Of a DNA stretch of 34,380 bases, positions 9,399 to 15,876 are shown piece by piece. Both the position numbers and the translations under genes were made by a program. Under the pieces are notes generated by a model. That model was given only the letters and a program-made list of their open reading frames with translations. It had not been told where the DNA came from and ran no database searches. The DNA comes from Candidatus Parcubacteria bacterium (lineage in GTDB: Bacteria; Patescibacteriota; Minisyncoccia; Phycocordibacterales; UBA918). The stretch covers positions 1 through 34,380 of the forward strand of contig JBJOQE010000042.1 in the NCBI GenBank assembly GCA_046050105.1. The letters run 5' to 3'. The first letter of the stretch is position 1, and each line of letters opens with the position of its first letter.

Positions 9399-9487
9399 GG
9401 AGAAATAGTGGCTACCCACTATTTCTCCGACCAGCGTTCTTATGAGCGAAGCGAATGAGAAAAAGCGGGTCAAGTCTCTTCGACTGC
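9399..9487 (+). repeat. Conserved core X (copy 1) joined to a tRNA-Asp 3'-end-like fragment
   Basis: It aligns with 18437-18528. The 13-bp hairpin differs only by compensatory changes and both copies share the 11-mer gagcgaagcga. The tail at 9470-9487 matches tRNA-Asp 9271-9288 at 16 of 18 positions. Confidence 0.75.
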
Positions 9488-9500
9488 AGGTCGATATAGT

Positions 9501-9568
9501 GAACACTTAGCACGATGCGAATACTTGGAGCATGTTGCGTAATGACTCGTGACCAAGTCCATGGCATA
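9501..9568 (+). repeat. Conserved core Y (copy 1)
   Basis: The 54-nt core aligns without gaps to 12326-12379. The flanks and the 11-nt loop gaatacttgga are conserved while the stem arms covary. Confidence 0.75.
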
Positions 9569-9604
9569 GTGTGGACAGATAACTTGCCAAGAAGGACGAT
9601 ATAG

Positions 9605-9952
9605 ATGAATGAAACTTGTGGATTAGCAGAGCAGTGCTGCGCTGCGTGCACACCGAAAACACCACGCTTAACGTGGCCGCAAACTAAAAAATTTCTTACA
9701 GAAGTCCCTCTCTGGCGGTATGAGTTTAGCCGGGGGGTGGGTACGCTCGTGCGACATTTTCGTTTCAACAGATTTCCCGACGCAATTGACTTTGTAAACA
9801 GAGTGGCAATAATTGCCGAAGCGGAGCGCCATCATCCTGATATCAAAATCGAGAACTACAATCAGGTCATCTTGATCATGACAACCCATGCCATCAATGA
9901 TTTAAGTGAAAACGATTTCATAATGGCTGCTAAGATTGATGTGATTGTCTGA
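9605..9952 (+). CDS. phhB: Pterin-4a-carbinolamine dehydratase (PCD/DCoH family)
   Basis: The EAERHHPD motif, the C..C N-terminal segment and the DFIMAAKID C-terminus resemble P. aeruginosa PhhB. Confidence 0.8.
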   Translation: MNETCGLAEQCCAACTPKTPRLTWPQTKKFLTEVPLWRYEFSRGVGTLVRHFRFNRFPDAIDFVNRVAIIAEAERHHPDIKIENYNQVILIMTTHAINDLSENDFIMAAKIDVIV

Positions 9953-9959
9953 TGCCACG

Positions 9960-9989
9960 CGCACCTATTGAATAAAGAGGTGCGTTTTT
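9960..9989 (+). terminator. Rho-independent terminator after the PCD gene
   Basis: The stem is cgcacct/aggtgcg, followed by ttttt. Confidence 0.6.
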
Positions 9990-10068
9990 CATACCCACAC
10001 CTCGCTACACCTCCGATTAAGTTCCGTTGGTATACTTACTCTATCGTTTACCAGCACACCATCACACC

Positions 10069-10128
10069 ATGGCAAAAGGAATCACACACAAAAAAGAAAA
10101 AAAGAAGCCAAAAAAGGTAAAGAAATAA
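10069..10128 (+). CDS. Candidate 19-aa Lys-rich micro-ORF (MAKGITHKKEKKKPKKVKK)
   Basis: An ATG-to-TAA frame is followed 3 nt later by a strong terminator. There is no Shine-Dalgarno sequence and I recognise no homolog. Confidence 0.3.
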   Translation: MAKGITHKKEKKKPKKVKK

Positions 10129-10130
10129 CA

Positions 10131-10160
10131 AAAACCCTCCGTGAAGAACGGAGGGTTTTT
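10131..10160 (+). terminator. Rho-independent terminator
   Basis: The hairpin is aaaaccctccg-tgaagaa-cggagggtttt plus T. Confidence 0.8.
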
Positions 10161-10214
10161 CTATGCAGGATGCAGCTGTGTGCATGTCAGGAAGCTCCTG
10201 GGGATACCAAAGAA

Positions 10215-10243
10215 TTGACACAAAACTTCTTATTTGCTATAAT
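10215..10243 (+). promoter_or_regulatory. Consensus sigma70-type promoter (TTGACA, 17 nt, TATAAT) for the DEAD-box helicase
   Basis: The -35 ttgaca is at 10215-10220 and the -10 tataat at 10238-10243. An approximately 115-nt leader follows and contains the hairpin agcatccc...gggatgct. Confidence 0.7.
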
Positions 10244-10365
10244 ATTTTTATCTTACTCTACTTAGGAGCAGCTTGCGCATAAGCGCCACGCCCTCCCATG
10301 GATTCGCTCTCAAAGCATCCCCTTGAAGTACGGTGGGATGCTTTAGACGTTAAATATACGAAGTA

Positions 10366-12020
10366 ATGGAAACCCATTCTCATGGTGGTCGCGGTCATTC
10401 GCGGCGCCAAGCTTCCGGCGGGCACTCTCGCGCCGGCACAGGCCCTTCACGAGGGCGTACATCAAGCCCATCACGCCGACCATACCGCCCTCATGGTGGT
10501 AGCAGCGTTGGTGGCATTATCCAGGCAGATGACATAGGCGATACCATCATTACCGTTGGTACTGACACCTCAGATATGCCGGACATTGCTCCTGGCGCCG
10601 TGTCGAGCTATACACGCCCTACGTATGCACAAGGTGGTTCGTCTCGCACTTCGCGCGGCGGTACTTCACGTGGTGGTCAGTCGAGCTTCCGCGGTGGCTA
10701 CTCGTCACAACGAGGCGATTCGCGCACCCGTGCGTGGTCGCCCGAATCGTCTACTCGTGGCGGATCTGCACGCGGCGGTTCATTCCGTAGCGGCGGAAAT
10801 CGTTCCGCAAACGATTTTAATCGTGGTTCTCGCGGAGGAAGTCGTGGCGGTGGCCGCGGACGACGTTTCGTTGCACCCGACCTCGACATTGAGCGTTTTA
10901 TTGAAAAATCCAAACGTGAAAGCGCAGCGCATAAAGCAAATGCTTCAGCAATACCAGACCATGTAGTGACCAATAACTTTGCGTCGCTCATTTCTCATCC
11001 GAAGCTTCGTGCGCAGGTGACAGCAAAGGGGTACTCAATCCCTACACCGATTCAGGATAAGGCCATTCCGCACGTGCGAGAGAAGAAGGACATTGTAGGT
11101 ATTGCTAATACCGGTACCGGTAAAACGGCTGCGTTCCTTATTCCGCTTATTGACCGTGCGTTGGTGCATGAGCATGAAAAGACGCTCATCGTGGTACCGA
11201 CCCGTGAGCTTGCGACACAGATTTACGACGAGTACATCGGCTTTGCGCGTGGCCTCGGTGTTTCTGCGGCGGTCGTCATTGGTGGTGCGAACATTCGCCC
11301 ACAAATTGCGTCTGTGCGTAATGCACGTTTCGTCATTGGTACGCCAGGACGTCTTAAAGACCTCATCGAGCGCCGGGCGCTCGACATGAAGAGCTTCACC
11401 CAATCGTGCTCGATGAAGCCGACCGTATGCTCGACATGGGCTTTATCCCCGACATTCGTTTCCTTATGGAGCGCATGCATCACGAGCGTCACTCACTCTG
11501 TTTCTCGGCAACTATGCCGCCTGAGATTGAGCGTCTCGTTGGTGAATTTTTGAAGTCACCAATTAGCGTATCGACGAAGACAGGCACGACTGCACACTCG
11601 GTAGAGCAGGGCGTTATCCGCATTACTGAAGGTGCGTCAAAGCTCGGGCTTCTCGAAGAATTACTCCGTGACCCAGCACTCGAGAAGGTGATTGTGTTTG
11701 GCGAAACCAAGCACGGTGTGGAGCGTCTCACCAAGCAGCTTATGGCACGTGGTGTGCGCGCTGAGTCTATTCACGGTAACAAGAGTTCAAACCAGCGTAA
11801 GCGTTCACTTGATGCATTTAAGAGCGGGCGTGTGCGCGTGCTGGTGGCAACCGACGTTGCCGCACGAGGACTCGATATCAATGATGTCTCACACGTCATC
11901 AATTTCGACGTTCCTCACTCATATGAGGACTACGTACACCGCATCGGCCGAACAGGCCGTGGTGGCAAGGAAGGGAAGGCGCTCACCTTTGTTGGTGGCG
12001 ACAACCGCGACAGTCGTTAA
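10366..12020 (+). pseudogene. DEAD-box ATP-dependent RNA helicase with an N-terminal Arg/Gly/Ser-rich region, split by a 1-nt frame change near 11403
   Basis: Frame 1 (10366-11553) carries motif I (NTGTGKTAAF), Ia (PTRELA) and Ib (TPGRL). Frame 0 (from 11406) carries VLDEADRMLDMGF, SAT, the HGN...QR segment and HRIGRTGR. This could be a genuine pseudogene, a sequencing indel or a frameshift. Confidence 0.85.
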
Positions 12021-12030
12021 TACGGCCCAC

Positions 12031-12068
12031 AAAAACCCCAAGAGGACATCCGTCATCTTGGGGTTTTT
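12031..12068 (+). terminator. Rho-independent terminator after the helicase
   Basis: The stem is aaaaaccccaag...cttggggttttt. Confidence 0.75.
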
Positions 12069-12147
12069 CGTATGGAGCATCTATTTTTCTAATATCAAGC
12101 TTCGTGGTATCATCGTGTCTGCAATTGAGAAATTGCGCGCAAAATAA

Positions 12148-12220
12148 GCCAACTTAGCTCAGTCGGTAGAGCACTTCCATGGTAAGGAAGAGGTCCCCGG
12201 TTCGATCCCGGGAGTTGGCT
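12148..12220 (+). tRNA. tRNA-Thr (anticodon GGT)
   Basis: Cloverleaf: gccaact/agttggc acceptor stem, anticodon arm cttcc-atGGTaa-ggaag and T arm cccgg-ttcgatc-ccggg. Confidence 0.9.
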
Positions 12221-12240
12221 CAAGGAGCGAAGCGACGTAG

Positions 12241-12292
12241 TGACAACTCAGTGCATGCCCTGCGGCATGCACGTCCGGGATCGAAAACCGGA
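12241..12292 (-). repeat. Inverted tRNA-Thr 3'-half copy interrupted by a perfect 9-bp hairpin
   Basis: The reverse complement of 12241-12250 is gagttgtcac, compared with gagttggctc (acceptor 3' strand gagttggct plus the first trailer nt). The reverse complement of 12274-12292 is tccggttttcgatcccgga, compared with the T arm. The hairpin gtgcatgcc-ctgc-ggcatgcac (12251-12272) lies between them. Confidence 0.6.
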
Positions 12293-12325
12293 GTATGTCG
12301 CTTTGCGACTACGAGGTGTGGTCAA

Positions 12326-12395
12326 GAACACTTAGTCTTTTGTGAATACTTGGAACAAAAGAATTAGTGATTCGTGACCGACCCGGGAGTTGGCT
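12326..12395 (+). repeat. Conserved core Y (copy 2) joined to an exact 14-nt copy of the tRNA-Thr(GGT) 3' end
   Basis: 12326-12379 aligns to 9501-9554. 12382-12395 (cccgggagttggct) is identical to 12207-12220. Confidence 0.8.
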
Positions 12396-12623
12396 CCGAG
12401 GAATGAAATGACGAGAAGGCAACTTTCGGGATCGAACAGATCCAGGGAGTGAGACATGCTGGGAGCATGTCGCAAGACCATGCCAGATATTTTATTGAGT
12501 TTACGAAATAAAATATCGACATGGTGTACAGATGCCGTAGGCAGGGCTCAAGGGTCGATGGTCATAACCGATTAAAGTGTTGGCTGCGTAGTGTAAAATA
12601 TCGCTCGTAGAAAAATAAAGTTT

Positions 12624-12696
12624 GCCATCTTAGCTCAGTTGGTAGAGCGACTGCATCGTAAGCAGTAGGTCCCCAGTTCGATCCTGGGAGATGGCT
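12624..12696 (+). tRNA. tRNA-Thr (anticodon CGT)
   Basis: Cloverleaf: gccatct/agatggc acceptor stem, anticodon arm actgc-atCGTaa-gcagt and T arm cccag-ttcgatc-ctggg. Confidence 0.9.
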
Positions 12697-12703
12697 CAAC
12701 GAT

Positions 12704-12734
12704 AAAAAGCACCGGTCATTTGGCCGGTGCTTTT
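12704..12734. terminator. Bidirectional terminator hairpin between tRNA-Thr(CGT) and a convergent small ORF
   Basis: The stem gcaccgg...ccggtgc is flanked by an A-run and a T-run. Confidence 0.65.
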
Positions 12735-12913
12735 GTGTCTACAAACTCGATGACATCTTTGCATTCGCACAGCAAGTCAGGATCATCCGACTCCCAGGGC
12801 ATGCCACATCCGCGGCAGGTGCCAAGATAGCGCAGGTGGTTGTCGTTGGCGTTTGGCAAAGGGAATCGAGTAAGTGCGAGGAACTCTTCGATAGTTTCGG
12901 CCGCTATGCGCAT
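12716..12913 (-). CDS. Small hypothetical protein (65 aa) with a CxxC...CxC motif
   Basis: A strong Shine-Dalgarno sequence (AAGGAG) lies 5 nt upstream of the ATG, and an extended -10 (TGCTATAAA) lies upstream at 12938-12946 on the minus strand. The Cys pattern is C33/C36/C49/C51. Confidence 0.55.
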   Translation of the reverse strand: MRIAAETIEEFLALTRFPLPNANDNHLRYLGTCRGCGMPWESDDPDLLCECKDVIEFVDTKAPAK

Positions 12914-12949
12914 GGGGACTCCTTTCGACTACCATTGTTTATAGCATGT

Positions 12950-12988
12950 ACGAGGCAAAAGAAAAGACGCTCTGCGAAGCAGAGCGTC
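12950..12988 (-). terminator. Rho-independent terminator for the 58-aa ORF
   Basis: The 10-bp stem gacgctctgc/gcagagcgtc is followed on the minus strand by ttttctttt. Confidence 0.7.
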
Positions 12989-12991
12989 GTG

Positions 12992-13168
12992 TTAGTGCGT
13001 GTTCACAATGAGCTTTCCGCATCCATCTTGAGTGCAGGTGGTGCCCACAGGGCCCACATGGCCGTTGCCGCAGGCGCCGTCTGGTGGGGGTGCGGCGGTG
13101 GCCTGCGCGGCACCTCCCGACCATCCTGCTACGTAGACGACTCGATTGTCGTCAGTGTGGTAGTTCAT
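12992..13168 (-). CDS. Small hypothetical protein (58 aa; below the ORF-track cutoff), Gly/Thr/Cys-rich C-terminal half
   Basis: My translation is MNYHTDDNRVVYVAGWSGGAAQATAAPPPDGACGNGHVGPVGTTCTQDGCGKLIVNTH. AAGGAG lies 6 nt upstream of the ATG, and the gene has its own terminator. Confidence 0.5.
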   Translation of the reverse strand: MNYHTDDNRVVYVAGWSGGAAQATAAPPPDGACGNGHVGPVGTTCTQDGCGKLIVNTH

Positions 13169-13237
13169 GTCTTACTCCTTCTCTGTGGATGCTATGTATA
13201 CCGTGAAAAATAACTTTTAGCAAGGACGCGCGTTTGA

Positions 13238-13279
13238 CCGCACACCCATCATTCGTATATACGAATGATGGGTGTGCGG
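13238..13279. promoter_or_regulatory. Perfect 42-nt palindrome abutting the prfB -10 element
   Basis: In ccgcacacccatcattcgtat|atacgaatgatgggtgtgcgg all 21 positions pair. TATACT follows at 13281-13286. Confidence 0.6.
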
Positions 13280-13293
13280 GTATACTACTCGTC

Positions 13294-14172
13294 ATGACTA
13301 AAGAGGAAGCAGCAGCGCGCATTGCCGAAATTGACGAAGCCATGCTTCGCGCAGATTTTTGGAGTGACCCCAAAGCGGCGCAGGCACTCCTTAAAGAGCG
13401 CGAAGAGCTTAAAAGCGCTGCAGAGGGAAAAGAAAAGTATGACCGCAATGATGCCGTGATGACTATCGTTTCGGGAGCGGGGGGAGATGATGCCGAAGAC
13501 TTTGCGCGTATGCTCCGCGAGATGTATGAACGCTATGCAGCGTCACGCAACTGGTCGGTCTTACTTGTAGATGAAAACAAAAACGACCACGGAGGGTATC
13601 GCAACCTCGTGCTCGAAATAGGGGGTAAGGGAGCGTATGGCGCACTCCGCAGTGAGTCGGGCGTGCACCGTCTGGTGCGCATGTCACCATTTAATGCATC
13701 AGGGAAACGCCAAACATCCTTTGTATTAGTAGAAGTATCTCCTAAGGTAGATGCAGAAGGTGAGTTGGCACTTCCAGATACCGAACTCGAAGTCTCTTTC
13801 GCGCGTTCAGGGGGCGCTGGCGGGCAAAATGTAAACAAACGCGAGACTGCGGTGCGCATTGTGCATGTGCCAACGAATATCTCAGTCCACGTCTCTTCCG
13901 AACGCAGCCAAGAGCAAAATAAAAAACGAGGACTCTCCTTGCTTGCAGGAAAGGTGTACGCTTTTAGAGAGGCACAACGCCTGCGAGAGCTTAAAGGTTT
14001 TTCTATCGAGCGCACCATGAAGATTGAGTGGGGAAGCCAAATTCGTTCCTACGTACTCCACCCGTATCAGCTCGTGAAAGATCACCGTACGGAGGTGGAG
14101 GTGCGCGATATTCACAAGGTACTCGAGGGAGACCTCAGTGCGTTTATAGACGAGGGTCCGCGCATAGAGTAG
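13294..14172 (+). CDS. prfB: Peptide chain release factor 2, short form (292 aa), without the +1 frameshift site
   Basis: It has the SPF tripeptide (RMSPFNASGKRQTSF) and the GGQ motif (SGGAGGQNVNK). I chose the ATG at 13294, because the ORF-track start at 13234 would translate the palindrome. Confidence 0.9.
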   Translation: MTKEEAAARIAEIDEAMLRADFWSDPKAAQALLKEREELKSAAEGKEKYDRNDAVMTIVSGAGGDDAEDFARMLREMYERYAASRNWSVLLVDENKNDHGGYRNLVLEIGGKGAYGALRSESGVHRLVRMSPFNASGKRQTSFVLVEVSPKVDAEGELALPDTELEVSFARSGGAGGQNVNKRETAVRIVHVPTNISVHVSSERSQEQNKKRGLSLLAGKVYAFREAQRLRELKGFSIERTMKIEWGSQIRSYVLHPYQLVKDHRTEVEVRDIHKVLEGDLSAFIDEGPRIE

Positions 14173-14235
14173 AATAAGAGGCATTGTTCTCGTGTGGCGT
14201 CAAAGTATGTACGCTCCACAACCACGATTTATCCC

Positions 14236-14916
14236 ATGATATATTTTGATAAAGTCTCGAAGGTGTATAACGGCGATTCAGTCGCCCTTCATGACATCAC
14301 CTTCCAGGTATCACCCGGTGAATTTATCTCAATTGTTGGACACTCAGGCGCAGGAAAGACCACGCTCCTTAAAATGCTTATTGCCGAAGACCGTCCGTCA
14401 GACGGGAAGGTGTTTTTTGAGTCGCTCGATATTCACTCTATTCCGAAGAGTAGGCTCCCACAGTATCGCCGTAAGCTCGGTACCGTGTTTCAAGACTTTA
14501 AACTCCTCCCTCATAAAACTGCATTTGAAAACATCGCGTTTGCCATGGAAGCAAATGGTCGCTCCGACCACGAAATTGCTGAGAATGTACCGCAAGCGCT
14601 TGAGCTCGTCGATTTGGGCACCAAGATGTGGAACTTTCCCCACGAACTTTCAGGTGGTGAGAAGCAGCGCGTAGCGATTGCGCGGGCCATTGTGAATCAG
14701 CCCGATGTCATTATTGCCGACGAACCAACGGGCAACCTCGACCCCATTGCTACTTACGAAGTGGTGCAAATTTTAAAGAAGATAAACGACCTCGGCACGA
14801 CCGTCATCATGACCACGCACAATAAGGGAGTCATCGATGCACTCGGCCGCCGCGTGATTACGATGGATGAGGGGAAAGTAATTCGCGATGACAACGAGGG
14901 GAAGTACGTGCTGTAA
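14236..14916 (+). CDS. ftsE: Cell division ATP-binding protein FtsE
   Basis: It has Walker A (GHSGAGKTT), the ABC signature (LSGGEKQR) and Walker B (IIADEP), and lies upstream of ftsX. I set the start by homology at MIYFDKVSKVY. Confidence 0.9.
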   Translation: MIYFDKVSKVYNGDSVALHDITFQVSPGEFISIVGHSGAGKTTLLKMLIAEDRPSDGKVFFESLDIHSIPKSRLPQYRRKLGTVFQDFKLLPHKTAFENIAFAMEANGRSDHEIAENVPQALELVDLGTKMWNFPHELSGGEKQRVAIARAIVNQPDVIIADEPTGNLDPIATYEVVQILKKINDLGTTVIMTTHNKGVIDALGRRVITMDEGKVIRDDNEGKYVL

Positions 14917-14934
14917 GGTAATATACATATCATC

Positions 14935-15861
14935 ATGGGAACTTGGACAGGAATGAAGAGAATCGGTCGCGCAGGCTTTGTGGGCTTTTGGCGCAATGCC
15001 TTTGTCTCCCTTGCCGCTATCTTTGTGATGACCGTCACACTGTTCACCATCGGCGTCGCTATTTTCCTTGGACAACTCCTCGACACGTCGCTTGAACAAA
15101 TTCGTTCGAAAGTAGATATTAACGTGTACTTTGTCACGTCGGCGGCAGAACAAGATATTCTGGGACTCAAGTCATCGCTCGAAGGTCTGCAGGACGTCGC
15201 AGAGGTTACCTATATCTCACGCGAACAAGCCCTAGATGAGTTTAAGACCCGCCACGGCAATGACCAGCTCACCCTCCAGGCGCTTGATGAGCTCGGCGAC
15301 AATCCACTCGGTGCCACCCTCTCTATTCGAGCAAAGGAAACCTCACAGTATGAGGGCATTGAAGCGTTTTTGAAGGAAAAACGTGATTTAGAAGACCCTG
15401 AAAAGCCTTTTATACGTGAGACAAACTTCTATAAGAATAAAGATGCCATCGATAAGCTGACCCGCATTATCAATGGGGTTGAGAAGTTTAGCGTAGTCAC
15501 ATTGTCGATTCTCATCTTCGCATCGGTACTCATCACCTTCAACACCATCCGTCTCGCTATCTACACATCTCGTGAGGAGATCACCGTAATGCGCCTAGTA
15601 GGTGCATCGAACACCTTCATCCGCGGACCATTTATCCTCCAAGGTATTATGTATGGCGTGATTGCCGGTATGGTGACGCTGGTGATTTTCTACCCGCTCA
15701 CCATTTGGCTCGGCGGTGTGACGGCATCCTTCTTCCAGCTCAATATTTTCCACTACTACATACAAAACTTCCCCTCAATGTTCTTCACCATCGTGGGTGC
15801 TGGTGTGGCGCTCGGCGCAATATCTTCAGTTTTTGCCATCACCCGCTATCTGAAGGCATAA
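14935..15861 (+). CDS. ftsX: Cell division permease FtsX
   Basis: The 308-aa product has an N-terminal TM helix, a periplasmic domain and three C-terminal TM helices. It follows ftsE. Confidence 0.85.
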   Translation: MGTWTGMKRIGRAGFVGFWRNAFVSLAAIFVMTVTLFTIGVAIFLGQLLDTSLEQIRSKVDINVYFVTSAAEQDILGLKSSLEGLQDVAEVTYISREQALDEFKTRHGNDQLTLQALDELGDNPLGATLSIRAKETSQYEGIEAFLKEKRDLEDPEKPFIRETNFYKNKDAIDKLTRIINGVEKFSVVTLSILIFASVLITFNTIRLAIYTSREEITVMRLVGASNTFIRGPFILQGIMYGVIAGMVTLVIFYPLTIWLGGVTASFFQLNIFHYYIQNFPSMFFTIVGAGVALGAISSVFAITRYLKA

Positions 15862-15876
15862 TCAACTCACTACCGC

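Noticed and set aside
10556-10991. Alternative-frame ORFs (136 aa on the plus strand, 97 aa on the minus strand) inside the helicase 5' region
   Set aside because: The frames stay open because of the GC-rich RGG-coding repeats. The main frame continues into conserved helicase motifs.
13234-13293. Longer prfB start at 13234, or a hidden +1 frameshift exon
   Set aside because: The extension would translate the perfect palindrome and the -10 box. No CUU-UGA or Shine-Dalgarno-like stimulator exists, and only about 125 nt separate prfB from the divergent gene.
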